In this document: piece by piece, positions 20,062 to 31,270 of the stretch | Numbering within the stretch: the stretch's first letter is position 1 | Layout: every line of letters begins with the position of its first letter | Origin: Deltaproteobacteria bacterium | GTDB lineage: Bacteria > Myxococcota > JACRCW01 | NCBI GenBank assembly: GCA_016218805.1 | Contig: JACRCW010000026.1 | Coordinates: 1 to 64,000, forward strand | Direction: 5' to 3' | Length of the DNA: 64,000 nt | Position numbers and translations under genes: made by a program | The notes under the pieces: generated by a model | The model's input: only the letters and a program-made list of their open reading frames with translations | Told to the model about the DNA's origin: nothing | Databases searched by the model: none

Positions 20062-21324
20062 ATGACGCAGAACAACTACAAGGTGGCCAACATCAAGCTT
20101 GCCGAGGAGGGGCGCCTGAAGATGGAGTGGGCCGAGTCCCGCATGCCCGTCCTGATGCACCTGCGCGAGAAGTACAAGAAGGAGCAGCCGTTCAAGGGCC
20201 ACCGCATTGCGGGCTGCCTGCACGTCACCAAGGAGACCGCCATCCTGGTGCGCACGCTGCGCGCCGCCGGCGCGGAGGTGGTGTGGAGCGGCTGCAACCC
20301 GCTGTCCACGCAGGATGACGTGGCCGCCGCGCTGGCCGCCGAGGGCACGCCCATCTACGCGTGGCACGGCATGAACGTGGAGGAGTTCTACTGGTGCATT
20401 GACCAGTGCCTGGCCGCCAAGCCGGACCTCACCCTGGACGACGGCGCGGACCTCATCTTCACCGCGCACAAAAAGTACCCGGACCAGTGCAAGAGCATCA
20501 TCGGCGGCACGGAGGAGACCACCACCGGCGTGCACCGCCTGCGCGCCATGGCCAAGGACGGCAAGCTCCGCTACCCGGTGATCGGCGTGAATGACTCCGA
20601 GACCAAGTGGGACTTTGACAACGTCTACGGCACCGGCCAGTCATCCTTGGACGGCATCCTGCAGGCCACCAGCATCCTCATTGCGGGGAAGAACTTTGTG
20701 GTGGCGGGCTTTGGGCACTGCGGCAAGGGCGTGGCCATGCGCGCGCGCGGCATGGGCGCCAACGTGATTGTCACCGAGGTGAAGCCCACCGCGGCCCTCA
20801 AGGCCCGCATGGAAGGCTACACCGTCATGACCATGGATGAGGCCGCCAAGGTGGGCGACATCTTCATCACCGCCACGGGCATGAAGGACGTCATTGTGGA
20901 GCGGCACTTTGGCGTCATGAAGGACGGCGCGGTGGTGTCCAACACGGGCCACTATGACTGCGAGCTGAACCTGGAGCACCTCAAGACCGCCTCCAAGTCC
21001 ATCCGCACCGTGCGTGACAACAACGAGGAATACACGCTCAAGAACGGCCACCGCGTGTACGTGCTGGGGAAGGGCCGCCTGGTCAACCTGGCGTGCGCGG
21101 AAGGCCACCCGTCCGAGGTCATGGACATGAGCTTTGCCAACCAGTTCCTGGCCATGCTGAAGATGGCGCGCGAGGGCAAGACGATGAAGCCCGACGTGTA
21201 CGTGCTCCCCACCGAGCTGGACCAGGAGCTGGCGCTGCTCAAGCTGGGCACCATGGGCCTGTCCGTGGACACGCTCACTGACGAACAGAAGCGCTACGCG
21301 GACGACTACTCCGCCGGCACCTGA
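20062..21324 (+). CDS. ahcY: Adenosylhomocysteinase
   Basis: GCLHVTKET, GCNPLSTQD, EETTTGVHRL, FDNVYGTGQS, GRLVNLACAEGHPSEVMDMSF. Confidence 0.98.
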   Translation: MTQNNYKVANIKLAEEGRLKMEWAESRMPVLMHLREKYKKEQPFKGHRIAGCLHVTKETAILVRTLRAAGAEVVWSGCNPLSTQDDVAAALAAEGTPIYAWHGMNVEEFYWCIDQCLAAKPDLTLDDGADLIFTAHKKYPDQCKSIIGGTEETTTGVHRLRAMAKDGKLRYPVIGVNDSETKWDFDNVYGTGQSSLDGILQATSILIAGKNFVVAGFGHCGKGVAMRARGMGANVIVTEVKPTAALKARMEGYTVMTMDEAAKVGDIFITATGMKDVIVERHFGVMKDGAVVSNTGHYDCELNLEHLKTASKSIRTVRDNNEEYTLKNGHRVYVLGKGRLVNLACAEGHPSEVMDMSFANQFLAMLKMAREGKTMKPDVYVLPTELDQELALLKLGTMGLSVDTLTDEQKRYADDYSAGT

Positions 21325-21332
21325 GCCGCGTT

Positions 21333-21710
21333 TCACCGCGTCCCGCGCGCGCCGCCTTCGCTTTCGGCCGCGCGCGGGTGCGCCAGCTTCTGCGCAATGA
21401 TGTCATCCAGCGCGCGCCGGTCCTCCGGGCGCACGCGCTCCAGTGCGGAGGGCATGGGCGAGCGGTCCACGTAGAGGGGTTCCGCCGCCGCGCGCGGAGC
21501 GGCGGCCCGTGGCGCCGGCTTGCGGACGGGCGCTGCCTCGCGGGCGGGCGGCCGCACCCCGTCACGCGGGTGCACGCCCAGCAGGCCATCCAGCCACGCC
21601 GTCACCTGCCGCACGCCCGCGGTGCGCGCGCCCCCCACGTCCTTCCACACCACCACCCCGGCGGCCCCCAACAGCCCCAGCGCCAGCACAACGGAGACAA
21701 GACGGACCAT
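21333..21710 (-). CDS. Hypothetical membrane-anchored protein
   Basis: N-terminal hydrophobic helix MVRLVSVVLALGLLGAAGVVVW. Confidence 0.55.
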   Translation of the reverse strand: MVRLVSVVLALGLLGAAGVVVWKDVGGARTAGVRQVTAWLDGLLGVHPRDGVRPPAREAAPVRKPAPRAAAPRAAAEPLYVDRSPMPSALERVRPEDRRALDDIIAQKLAHPRAAESEGGARGTR

Positions 21711-21785
21711 GTGGAGCCCTCCGGGACACCCGGTGGGCAAAGGTAGGGGCCCGGCGCGCTCCCCCGCCAGTTTTTGTCCGCAGGA

Positions 21786-22703
21786 TCACACCGGCTGGGC
21801 GTCACGCGCCTCAATCTTCACGCTGACGGCGCCCACCATCACCTTCACGCCGCCCTTCTTGTCCAGGCTCTCCACCACGCCGACCTTGCCGTTCCACATC
21901 CCCGCCAGGATGCGGACCTTCATGCCGGGTTGGAAGTCCGCCTTGCGGGATTCCTCGCGCTGCTGCTTGGCCTGTTTCACCGCGTGGATCTGGTCATGGT
22001 CCGGAGCCCACGCGGAGAAGCGGTAGAGCGCCAACAGCGCCTGGAGGTCCGCGGTCAGCACCTCCGCCAGCGCGCCGCGCGCGCCGTCCCGCGGGCGCAC
22101 GTGGGTGGCCAGCAGCATGGCGTCCCCCTCCAGCGCGCGCACACACTCCTCCACCGCTGCGCGCGCCAGTTCGGCCGGCGCCACCGGGGCGGGCATGCCC
22201 GGGAGCAACACGCGGAATCCCTCCGGCAGCGCCTGCAACTGCGCCAGGAAGGCGTCCACCGCCCAGGATTCTCCCAGCTTGGCCTTCAGGTTCTGCCGGT
22301 CCACCTGCCCACGCGGATGGAACGCCAACAGCGCCCGCAGCCCCGTGTCATCCACCACCACGCCAATGGACGCGTGCTTGTGGAACTCCGCCACGTCCAG
22401 CGCCATGGCGGAGCGCAGGGACATCTTCTCCACCAGCGCCTTGACCGCCTCGCGGTCCGTTGCGCCGCGGATGAGGTAGGCGCCCTGCTCCGCCACGCAC
22501 CGCCCGTTCTCCAGCGACGGCACCTCCGACGAGAACACCAGCTCCAGGCCCCGGGCCGACTCCCCCACCTGCGCCATCACCTCGCTCATCAGCGCGCGCA
22601 ACTTGTCCTTCACCAGCCGCCGCTGCAGCGTGAAGGTGGCGCTCCCGCGGTGGTCCGCCAGGTAGGTGTCAAAGTCCTTGTCGGTGAAACCGTCGAATCC
22701 CAT
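21786..22703 (-). CDS. Hypothetical protein with C-terminal NusG-like KOW motif
   Basis: FQPGMKVRILAGMWNGKVGVVESLD; the N-terminus FDGFTDKDFD resembles DUF1054-like proteins. Confidence 0.7.
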   Translation of the reverse strand: MGFDGFTDKDFDTYLADHRGSATFTLQRRLVKDKLRALMSEVMAQVGESARGLELVFSSEVPSLENGRCVAEQGAYLIRGATDREAVKALVEKMSLRSAMALDVAEFHKHASIGVVVDDTGLRALLAFHPRGQVDRQNLKAKLGESWAVDAFLAQLQALPEGFRVLLPGMPAPVAPAELARAAVEECVRALEGDAMLLATHVRPRDGARGALAEVLTADLQALLALYRFSAWAPDHDQIHAVKQAKQQREESRKADFQPGMKVRILAGMWNGKVGVVESLDKKGGVKVMVGAVSVKIEARDAQPV

Positions 22704-22934
22704 GCCGCGCCGCTTCTAGCCCAATCCGCAGATCAGGGGCATGCCGGACCGGCACGCCGCGTTGTGTCAACGCCAACATGGCGGATGAAAAGGTGTTTTG
22801 GTGTTTGTATCCCACCTTGACCACCCATGTGCGGCCCTGTGTTGCGCCCTGGGATCGCGCTCTGTACCAGTCCGTCAAACGGCGGATTGACCGGGGCCCG
22901 GGTCTGGGCTGCGGAACCGCGGAGGGAGGCCACC

Positions 22935-23312
22935 ATGCAGAGCCAGGGTACGCCGGGCAACGGTGCAGAGCGGCGCGAGTACATCCGTGTTCCCCTTCAG
23001 ATGCTGGTGCGGTCCTACGACAGCGAAGTGTTCCACGCCTGCGAGGGCGATCTGTCTCTGGGCGGGGCGCGCATCCGGTTTGCCGAGCACCCGACCGATC
23101 CACAGGTGGAGGTGCTGGTGGACGCCGGCGGCCCGTTTGGACAGGTGCGGCTGCAGGGGGACATCATTGACCTGCGCCACGAGGGAGACGCGTGGGAGGC
23201 CCGCGTGCAGTTTGTGGAATCCCCCGTCACCGACGAGCTGGGCCTGGCGCGGCTGCTCCACCGCCTCACCGAGGAATGGGAGCCTTGGTCTCCCAGCACC
23301 GCGCTGAATTGA
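22935..23312 (+). CDS. PilZ-domain protein
   Basis: ERREYIR (RxxxR) and DLSLGG (DxSxxG) c-di-GMP-binding motifs; GGAGG RBS. Confidence 0.85.
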   Translation: MQSQGTPGNGAERREYIRVPLQMLVRSYDSEVFHACEGDLSLGGARIRFAEHPTDPQVEVLVDAGGPFGQVRLQGDIIDLRHEGDAWEARVQFVESPVTDELGLARLLHRLTEEWEPWSPSTALN

Positions 23313-23329
23313 AGCACGACGGGACTACG

Positions 23330-24643
23330 TCATTCGAGCCACCCGGGGAGCGCGGCCAGCGCGCGTTCAGACATCAGGCGCTTGCGGTCGTCTTTGCGGT
23401 GCCGCCCCGGTAGCGGCGGAAACATTGCCCAGGTGACGTTGGAGGGATCATAGCGGGCGGTCTTGTCCGCCTGCTGAGCCGCCCGCGTATGCCCGTACAG
23501 CGCGCCCAGCGCCGTGGTGGGCGGCGGCGGCGGAAGCACCCGCCCGGACAGCTCCGCCGCCAGCATGCGCCCCACCACAAAGCCTATGGCACAGCTCTCC
23601 ACGTAGCCCTCCACCCCGGTCACCTGCCCCGCAAAGCGCACGTGCGGCAGCGCCGGCAGCGCCAGCCGGTCATCCAGCACGCGCGGGCTGTCCAGGTAGC
23701 TGTTGCGGTGCACCGCGCCGTAGCGGAGGAACCGCGCCTGCCGCAGCGCGGGAATGATCCCAAACACGCGGCGCTGCTCAGGCTGGGTGAGGCGCGTCTG
23801 GAACCCCACCAGGTTGTACGCACTCCCCGCCACGTCCTCCTTGCGCAGCTGCACCACCGCAAACGGCCGCCGGCCCGTGCGCGGATCCGTCAGTCCCACC
23901 GGCTTCATGGGCCCGTATGCCAGCGTCTGGCGCCCGCGCGCCGCCATCACCTCAGCGGGCAGGCAACCTTCAAAGTAGCGCGGCTCCTCAAACGCGTGCA
24001 GCGGGAACTTCTCCGCGTGCACCAGCCCGTCCACAAATGCGTTGTATTCCTCCTCGGTCAGCGGGCAATTGAGGTAATCCGCGCTTTCCCCCTTCCCCCA
24101 GCGGGACGCCGCAAACACCTGCCCGCGGTCAATGCTGTCCGCCTCCACAATGGGCGCAATGGCGTCATAGAACGCCAGCGCGTCCCGGCCCACGCGCGCG
24201 CGAATGTCCGCCGCCAGCGCGTCAGCGGTCAGCGGCCCGGTGGCAATCACCGTGGGCACGCCGTCATCCGGCAGGCGCAGCACTTCCTCGGACACGCGGC
24301 GGATGTGCGGGTGGCTGGCCAGCGCGTCCTCAATGAAGCGGCTGAAGACGTCACGGTCCACGGCCAGGGCATCACCGGCGGGCACGCGCGCGTGTTCCGC
24401 CGCGCGCAGGACCAGGCTGCCGCCGCGGCGCAGTTCCTCCTTGAGGAGCCCCACCGCGTTCTCCACGTTGTTGGAGCGCAGGCTGTTGGAACACACCAGC
24501 TCGCACAGCCGGTTGGTGTGCTGGGCCGGCGTGCGTTTCCCCGGCTTCATCTCGTGCAGCGTGACGTCGTGTCCCGCCACGGCCAGCTGCCAGGCGGCCT
24601 CGCACCCGGCCAGGCCACCGCCCACCACCCGCACCGCCACCAT
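23330..24643 (-). CDS. trmFO: Methylenetetrahydrofolate-tRNA-(uracil-5)-methyltransferase
   Basis: [43 protein letters not shown]. Confidence 0.97.
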   Translation of the reverse strand: MVAVRVVGGGLAGCEAAWQLAVAGHDVTLHEMKPGKRTPAQHTNRLCELVCSNSLRSNNVENAVGLLKEELRRGGSLVLRAAEHARVPAGDALAVDRDVFSRFIEDALASHPHIRRVSEEVLRLPDDGVPTVIATGPLTADALAADIRARVGRDALAFYDAIAPIVEADSIDRGQVFAASRWGKGESADYLNCPLTEEEYNAFVDGLVHAEKFPLHAFEEPRYFEGCLPAEVMAARGRQTLAYGPMKPVGLTDPRTGRRPFAVVQLRKEDVAGSAYNLVGFQTRLTQPEQRRVFGIIPALRQARFLRYGAVHRNSYLDSPRVLDDRLALPALPHVRFAGQVTGVEGYVESCAIGFVVGRMLAAELSGRVLPPPPPTTALGALYGHTRAAQQADKTARYDPSNVTWAMFPPLPGRHRKDDRKRLMSERALAALPGWLE

Positions 24644-24650
24644 GGTCAGC

Positions 24651-27182
24651 TCACGCGGTGGGCGCGGGCGCCGGGGTCAGGGACGTGTAGGCGGGCGCGT
24701 CATCCGGGACCTCGCGCGAATAGCCGCATTCCTTGTCCACGCACTGCAGCCGCTTGCCGGTCTTCTTGGAGAACTTCTCCACCAGGAACGGCTTGTTGCA
24801 CTGCGGGCACGCCTCCTTCACCGGGCGGTCCCACAGCACAAAGCTGCAGTCCGGCCACCGGTTGCAGCCAAAGAACACCTTCCCCTTGCGCGAGCGCTTC
24901 TCGCCCACCATCCCGACGCTGCAGGTGGGGCACGGCACGCCGGTGGAGAATGGCTTGGTGGTCTTGCATTCCGGGTAGCGGCTGCAGGCCACAAAGCGCC
25001 CGAACCGCCCGTTCTTCACCACCATGGGACTGGAACACCGCGGGCAGTTCTCGTTGGCGGGCAGGTCCACCACCACCTTCAGCTCGCCGCTGTCATCCCG
25101 CTTCATGTCCTTGGTGTTTTTGCATTCCGGATAGTTCTTGCACGCCAGGAAACTGCCGTTCTTCCCCCACTTGATCACCATCTTGCCGCCGTCCTTCTCG
25201 CAGATGATGTCGGTCTCCACCTCCTGGCGTTTGAGGTTCTTCATCTGTTCCTGCGCCACCGCCAGTGACTTGCGGAACGGCGTGTAGAACTCGGTGAGCA
25301 GCGTCTTCCAGTGGACGCGGCCCTCCTCCACCTCATCCAGCTTGCCCTCCATGGACGCAGTGAACTGCACGTCCAGGATGTCCGGGAAACTCTCCACCAG
25401 CAGGTCCGTCACAATGGTCCCCAACTCCGTGGGGCGGAACCGGTTCTGCTCGCGCGAGCAGTATTCCTTGTCCACAATGGTGGACAGGATGGCCGCGTAG
25501 GTGGACGGCCGGCCGATACCTTTCTCCTCCAGTTCCTTGACCAGCGTGGCTTCCGTGAAGCGCGGCGGCGGCTGCGTGAAGTGCTGCTCCTTGGCCAGCT
25601 TGCGCAGGTCCAGCGCGTCCCCCGCCTCCAGCAGCGGCAGCTCGCGCAGCGCGTCCTCGTCCTGTTCGCGGTCGTCCTTGGGCTTCCCCTCCTCCTCCAC
25701 TTCACCGTACACGCGCAGGTACCCGGCAAACTTCATGACGCTGCCGGTGGCGCGCAGCATGAGGTCACCGTTCTGGATGTCCACGGAGGTCTGGTCAAAC
25801 CGCGCGGGCATCATCTGGCAGGCCACAAACCGGTCCCAGATGAGTCGGTAGAGCTTCACCTGGTCCGGGTTGAGGTACTGCGCCACGGATTCCGGCGTGT
25901 ACTTGATGCTCGTGGGGCGGATGGCCTCATGCGCGTCCTGCGCGTTGGCCTTGGTCTTGAAGACGTTGGGTTGCGGCGGGAGGTACTCAGCGCCCCAGGT
26001 CTGCTGGATGTAGCCGCGCACCTCGGTCACCGCGTCGTCAGACAGGCGCGTGGAGTCCGTGCGCATGTATGTGATGAGGCCCACCGCGCCTTCTTCGCCC
26101 AGCTCCACGCCTTCATACAGGCTCTGCGCCACCTGCATGGTCTTGCGCGCGGGGAAGTGCAGGCGGTTGGCCGCGTCCTGTTGCAGGCGGGAGGTGATGA
26201 ACGGCGCCTGCGCCCGGCGCTGCCGCTCCTTCTTCTCCACCTTCTCCACCACAAACTTCCCGCCCTGCAGCGCCTGCTCCAGCCGCGTGGCGGTGGTGCC
26301 GTCCGGGATCTCCAGCTTGACGCCCTTTTCCCGGGACAAACGCGCCAGGAACGGCGGCTTGACGCCGGGCTTCTCCAGCTCCGCGTCCAGCGTCCAGTAT
26401 TCCACCGGCTTGAACGCCTGGATGGCGCGTTCGCGCTCCACAATCAGGCGCACCGCCACGGACTGCACGCGCCCGGCGGAAAGGCCGCGTTTCACCTTCT
26501 TCCAGAGAATGGGGCTGATCTGGTAGCCCACCAGGCGGTCCAGGATGCGGCGTGACTGCTGGGACTCATAGCGCTTGTCATCCAGCTGGTCCGGGTGCGC
26601 CAGGGACTCCTTGATGGCCTTGGGCGTAATCTCATTGAAACGGACGCGGTAGATGTTGGGCTGGACGTCCTCAATCTCCTCCTTGATGTGCCAGGCAATC
26701 GCCTCCCCTTCACGGTCGGGGTCGGTGGCGAGGTAGACGCGGTCCACGTTGCCCGCGGAGTGCTTGAGGTCATTGACCACGTCTGACTTGCCGCTGATCA
26801 CCTGGTATTCGCAATTGAAGTCATCATCCACATCCACGCCAATGCTGCGGCTGGGCAGGTCCTTGATGTGGCCCACGGAGGCCTTCACCGTGAAGGCGTT
26901 GCCCAGGTACTTCTTGATGGTCTTGGCCTTGGCGGGTGACTCCACGATCAGCAGGCTCTTGCCCTTGGACCGGTCGGCCTCGGCCTCCACCGGAACCGGG
27001 GCGACGGGATGGTCCGCCTTGGAGCGCGGCTTCTTCTCCTTCTTGCGGGGTGCCTCCTTGCGCGCCTTGGCCGCCTTGGCCTCCTTCTTGGGCGCGGCCG
27101 CCTTCTTGGCCGTCTTCACGGCCTTGGCCGCCTTGGCCGGTTTCTCCGCCGGTGCCTTCTTCTTTGCCGCCGCCTTTGCCAT
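24651..27182 (-). CDS. topA: DNA topoisomerase I with Lys/Ala-rich N-terminal extension
   Basis: [38 protein letters not shown]-terminal zinc ribbons. Confidence 0.98.
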   Translation of the reverse strand: MAKAAAKKKAPAEKPAKAAKAVKTAKKAAAPKKEAKAAKARKEAPRKKEKKPRSKADHPVAPVPVEAEADRSKGKSLLIVESPAKAKTIKKYLGNAFTVKASVGHIKDLPSRSIGVDVDDDFNCEYQVISGKSDVVNDLKHSAGNVDRVYLATDPDREGEAIAWHIKEEIEDVQPNIYRVRFNEITPKAIKESLAHPDQLDDKRYESQQSRRILDRLVGYQISPILWKKVKRGLSAGRVQSVAVRLIVERERAIQAFKPVEYWTLDAELEKPGVKPPFLARLSREKGVKLEIPDGTTATRLEQALQGGKFVVEKVEKKERQRRAQAPFITSRLQQDAANRLHFPARKTMQVAQSLYEGVELGEEGAVGLITYMRTDSTRLSDDAVTEVRGYIQQTWGAEYLPPQPNVFKTKANAQDAHEAIRPTSIKYTPESVAQYLNPDQVKLYRLIWDRFVACQMMPARFDQTSVDIQNGDLMLRATGSVMKFAGYLRVYGEVEEEGKPKDDREQDEDALRELPLLEAGDALDLRKLAKEQHFTQPPPRFTEATLVKELEEKGIGRPSTYAAILSTIVDKEYCSREQNRFRPTELGTIVTDLLVESFPDILDVQFTASMEGKLDEVEEGRVHWKTLLTEFYTPFRKSLAVAQEQMKNLKRQEVETDIICEKDGGKMVIKWGKNGSFLACKNYPECKNTKDMKRDDSGELKVVVDLPANENCPRCSSPMVVKNGRFGRFVACSRYPECKTTKPFSTGVPCPTCSVGMVGEKRSRKGKVFFGCNRWPDCSFVLWDRPVKEACPQCNKPFLVEKFSKKTGKRLQCVDKECGYSREVPDDAPAYTSLTPAPAPTA

Positions 27183-27209
27183 CCGCTGACCTTCTTTCCG
27201 GGCTACCGT

Positions 27210-28349
27210 TCAGCGCGAGCATTCGTACGCGCCACCGGCGCTACGCCTGCACAATCCACGCAATTCCAATTCCAGCAATTCCCGTGAAGCCACGGCCGGG
27301 GCCACGCCCGCCGCAAGGGCCACGTCATCCATGTGCACCGGGGCGCCGGCCCGCGCCAGCGCGGTGAACATCCGCTCCTGCACCTCCGTCAGCCCTTCCG
27401 GAGTGGGCGGCGGGCCGGCCGGTGCCGCCACAGCCAGGTCCGCGGGCACCGGCAGCTTCAACGCGGTGAGCACGTCCGCCGCGCCGGTGACCAGCGTGGC
27501 GCCGCGGCTGATGTAGAGGTGCGGCACGTGGCTGTTGGGATCCTCCACGGACCCCGGGATGGCCATCAGCAGCCGCTTCTGCTCCAGGGCAAACTCCGCC
27601 GTGTGGCGGGTCCCGCTTTCATGGTCACCCTGCACCAGGATCACCGCGCGGGCCAGCGCGCTGATGAGGCGGTTGCGCTGCGGGAAACTGCCGGCGTGCT
27701 GGTCATGCTCCGGGAACATCTCCGTGAGGCAACCGCCGTTGGCGGTGACCCGCGCGCGCGTGGACACCGTGTCATCCTGCGTGCCCAGCGGGACGCCCAG
27801 CACCGCCACCGTCATGCCGCCCGCGGCCAGCGCCGCCAGGTGCGCGGTCTCGTCAATGCCGTGCGCGGCGCCGGAGACCACCGTGACCCCCGCGCGCGCC
27901 AGCCCGGATGCAACCGCCCGCGCCTGGCGGACGCCGTAGTCGGTGGGTTCGCGCGTGCCGACGATGGCGATGCATGGGCGGGCCAGCGCTTCCACCAGCC
28001 GCGGTCCGGACGCCATCACCGCGATGGGCGCGCTGCGCAGGTCCTGCAGCGCGGCGGGGTAGTCCTCATCACCGCGGATCCACAGCCGCGCCCCGCGGTC
28101 CAACAGGGCCATGCTGCCCGCAATGCGCGCATCATTACCGTCCAAAAAAGCGCTGCGCGCCTGGTACCAGGCCTCCGCCGCCTTGCTGCTGCCGCGGTTG
28201 CCGGCAAGCCGCAGTTCCACCTCCCGGGGCTCAGCCCGGAGCATGGCCTCCGGCGGGCCCAGCGGCGCCAGCGTGCCAAAGGCCACCGGGCCAAACCCGT
28301 GGGCGGCCATCAGGTGCAGGGCGGCGCGTTGGTGCTCCGTAAGCGGCAT
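27210..28349 (-). CDS. dprA: DNA-processing protein DprA
   Basis: IAIVGTR, VSGAAHGID, FPQRNRLISAL, C-terminal wHTH; directly upstream of topA. Confidence 0.93.
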   Translation of the reverse strand: MPLTEHQRAALHLMAAHGFGPVAFGTLAPLGPPEAMLRAEPREVELRLAGNRGSSKAAEAWYQARSAFLDGNDARIAGSMALLDRGARLWIRGDEDYPAALQDLRSAPIAVMASGPRLVEALARPCIAIVGTREPTDYGVRQARAVASGLARAGVTVVSGAAHGIDETAHLAALAAGGMTVAVLGVPLGTQDDTVSTRARVTANGGCLTEMFPEHDQHAGSFPQRNRLISALARAVILVQGDHESGTRHTAEFALEQKRLLMAIPGSVEDPNSHVPHLYISRGATLVTGAADVLTALKLPVPADLAVAAPAGPPPTPEGLTEVQERMFTALARAGAPVHMDDVALAAGVAPAVASRELLELELRGLCRRSAGGAYECSR

Positions 28350-28564
28350 GGGCGAAACGGTACCCTCCGGCCAGCGCGGCCGGTGGAAAAAGGGGGGTCT
28401 GGGTAGTGGCCCCCGGAACATCCGTCAAGGGGAAAGGCGCGGCGGGGCGCTCAACCTGTTGAATACAGTGGGCTTGCGGACGGGACCCCGCGTTTCCGTA
28501 TGGCCCTCCGCCGCGCACCAGGGGGTTGCCGTGGGTCCCAGCCCGCTGGCAGTTTGAAATCGCC

Positions 28565-31267
28565 GTGGCAACCCTGACGCCGTTTGCCCTGTCGCTTGGC
28601 CCGGGTGGTGACGTGTCCGTGGACGCGCTGCCGCCGGAGGACTCCACGCTGCCTGAGGACGTGGCCCGGGAGCTGGCCGCGGCGTTTGCACCCGGGAGCG
28701 GCGCGGGGCTGTTGCGTTTGGGCGCGGCGCACCGGGCCACCAGCCTGCCGCCCTCCGCCGCGTACTGGCGTGACCTGGCCGCGCAGTTCATGCACGCGCT
28801 GTGCGCGCTGCCCGGACTGGACCTGCTGTCCGCGGATGTGGAGGTGCCCTGGGCGGGTGAAGCGCCTGCCACGCTGGCGGAGCGTGGTCCGCCCATGCGC
28901 GGGCTGGAATACCTGGACGCCGCCGTGCTGCAGCGCGCCTGGCAGGCCATGCAGGACGCGCTGCGGCGGGCCGTGGGTGGCACGGGCCAGTCGGTCCAGG
29001 CGTGGCTGGGCGCGCAGGCGCCGCAATGGAACCAGGTGGGGCGCGTGTGCTTCCACCTGGCGGAGAACAAGCAGGATGAAACGCGGCCTTTTGCGTTCCT
29101 GGCCACGTACACCGCGTCACTGTCCGCGCAGGGCAAGCCGCAGCACCGGCCGCTGGGCCACGCGCTGACCGAATACGCGGGAAAAGGCCACCGCCAGGGA
29201 CTGTTGGCGCTGCTGCTGCCGGTGCAGAAGGCGGCGCGGTCGTCAGCGCTGGTGGCGCGCCTGCTGGATAGCGAGGAATTGTTCCAGCCGCTGCGCTGGA
29301 CGCCGGCGGAGGCGCACGCGTTCCTCAAGGATGCGGCATTGCTGGAGGAGTCCGGCGTGCTGGTGCGCGTGCCCGACTGGTGGCGGCGGCGGGCCCCGGC
29401 GCGCGTGGGGGTACAGGTCACGCTGGGCGCGGGCGCACCGTCCCGGCTGGGGCTGGAGGCGTTGCTGGATTTCAAGGTGAATGCCGCGCTGGACGGCGAT
29501 CCGCTGACCGCGGCGGAGTGGAGGCGGGCGCTGGCGTCCACGGACGGACTGGTCCGGCTCAAGGGACAGTGGGTGGAGGTTGATGCGGCGCGCCTGCGTG
29601 ATCTGATGGAGCACTGGCAGCGCGCGGAACGCGAACATGCGGACGGCGTTTCATTCCTGGAGGCGATGCGGCTGGTGTCCCGTGCCCCGTCCGCAGTGGC
29701 CGCCGCGGACGACGCCGAGAGCGCGCGGTGGACGGACGTCACGGCGGGCCCGTGGCTGCGCACGCTGCTGGAGGGCGCGCGCGCGCCGGAGGCGCTGGCG
29801 GCGGTGCGCCCGGGCAAGGACCTCAAGGCGAGCCTGCGCCCCTACCAGGACGCCGGGGTGCGGTGGCTGGGGCTGCTCAACGCGCTCAACCTGGGCGCGT
29901 GTCTGGCGGATGACATGGGATTGGGCAAGACCGTGCAGGTGCTGGCGCTGCTGCTGGCCCAGCGGTCCACCCGGCGCGGGACGCACCTGCTGGTGGTCCC
30001 CGCGTCACTGGTGGGGAACTGGCTTGCGGAAATGGAGCGTTTTACCCCCACGCTGCGCGTCATTGCCGTGCATTCTTCCGTCACCCCGGCGGCGGAGCTG
30101 GAGACGCTGGGACCGGCCGCGGTGGCGGACCAGGACGTGGTCCTCACCACGTACGGCATGCTCAACCGGTGCGCGTGGCTCAAGGACGTGGCCTGGGACA
30201 CGCTGGTGGTGGACGAGGCCCAGGCCCTCAAGAACCCCGGCGCGCGGCAGACGCGTGACGTCAAGGCGCTGCGGGCGCGCGCGCGCATTGCGCTCACCGG
30301 CACGCCCGTGGAGAACCGCGTGGGGGACCTGTGGTCCTTGTTTGACTTCCTCAACCCCGGCCTGCTGGGCACCCCGCGCGAATTCAAGGCATTCCTCAAG
30401 CGCCTGGGAGAGGGCGAACACGCGGATTACACGCCGCTGCGGTCCCTGGTGCGCCCCTACGTGCTGCGCCGGATGAAGAGCGACAAGCGCATCATCGACA
30501 CGCTTCCCGACAAGACGGAGGTGCGGCTGGCGTGCGGCCTGGTGAAGGAGCAGGCGGCGCTCTACCAACGCGGCGTGCGTGAGCTGGCCGAAGCGTTGGC
30601 GAAGAACCGGGAGGGGATCCAGCGCAAGGGCATGGTGCTGGCCTACCTCATGCGCTTCAAGCAGGTGTGCAACCACCCCTCACAGTGGCTGGGAGACGGG
30701 CGGTTTGCCCCCGCGGACAGCGGCAAGTTCCTGCGGCTGACAGAGCTGGCGGCGGACATTGCCCAGAAGCAGGAGAAGGTTCTGGTGTTCACGCAATTCC
30801 AGGAGATGACCGCGGTGCTGCATGACCTGCTGGCCGGTGTGTTCGGGCGGCCGGGCGCGGTGCTGGACGGCAAGACGCCCGTGAAGGCGCGCCAGGAGCG
30901 CGTGGCCCGGTTCCAGGAGGATCCCTCCGTGGGGTTCATGGTGCTCTCCGTCAAGGCGGGCGGCACCGGCCTCAACCTGACGGCCGCTTCGCACGTCATC
31001 CACTTTGACCGGTGGTGGAATCCCGCCGTGGAGAACCAGGCCACGGACCGTGCCTACCGCATTGGGCAGCACCGCAATGTGATGGTTCACAAGTTTGTGT
31101 GCCGCGGGACGGTGGAGGAGCGCATTGACGCGCTCATTGAATCCAAGCAGAAGCTGGCGCGGGACCTGCTGGACGCAGCGGGCGAAACGCTGCTCACCGA
31201 ACTGCAGGACGACGAGTTGATCCGCCTGGTCCAGTTGGACCTCGCCACGGCGCTTGAGGAGACCTGA
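28565..31267 (+). CDS. SNF2-family helicase/ATPase
   Basis: LRPYQ, LADDMGLGKT, DEAQ, LTGTPVEN, KAGGTGLNL, DRWWNPAVENQATDRAYRIGQ. Start codon uncertain (28526-28565). Confidence 0.93.
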   Translation: MATLTPFALSLGPGGDVSVDALPPEDSTLPEDVARELAAAFAPGSGAGLLRLGAAHRATSLPPSAAYWRDLAAQFMHALCALPGLDLLSADVEVPWAGEAPATLAERGPPMRGLEYLDAAVLQRAWQAMQDALRRAVGGTGQSVQAWLGAQAPQWNQVGRVCFHLAENKQDETRPFAFLATYTASLSAQGKPQHRPLGHALTEYAGKGHRQGLLALLLPVQKAARSSALVARLLDSEELFQPLRWTPAEAHAFLKDAALLEESGVLVRVPDWWRRRAPARVGVQVTLGAGAPSRLGLEALLDFKVNAALDGDPLTAAEWRRALASTDGLVRLKGQWVEVDAARLRDLMEHWQRAEREHADGVSFLEAMRLVSRAPSAVAAADDAESARWTDVTAGPWLRTLLEGARAPEALAAVRPGKDLKASLRPYQDAGVRWLGLLNALNLGACLADDMGLGKTVQVLALLLAQRSTRRGTHLLVVPASLVGNWLAEMERFTPTLRVIAVHSSVTPAAELETLGPAAVADQDVVLTTYGMLNRCAWLKDVAWDTLVVDEAQALKNPGARQTRDVKALRARARIALTGTPVENRVGDLWSLFDFLNPGLLGTPREFKAFLKRLGEGEHADYTPLRSLVRPYVLRRMKSDKRIIDTLPDKTEVRLACGLVKEQAALYQRGVRELAEALAKNREGIQRKGMVLAYLMRFKQVCNHPSQWLGDGRFAPADSGKFLRLTELAADIAQKQEKVLVFTQFQEMTAVLHDLLAGVFGRPGAVLDGKTPVKARQERVARFQEDPSVGFMVLSVKAGGTGLNLTAASHVIHFDRWWNPAVENQATDRAYRIGQHRNVMVHKFVCRGTVEERIDALIESKQKLARDLLDAAGETLLTELQDDELIRLVQLDLATALEET

Positions 31268-31270
31268 ACG

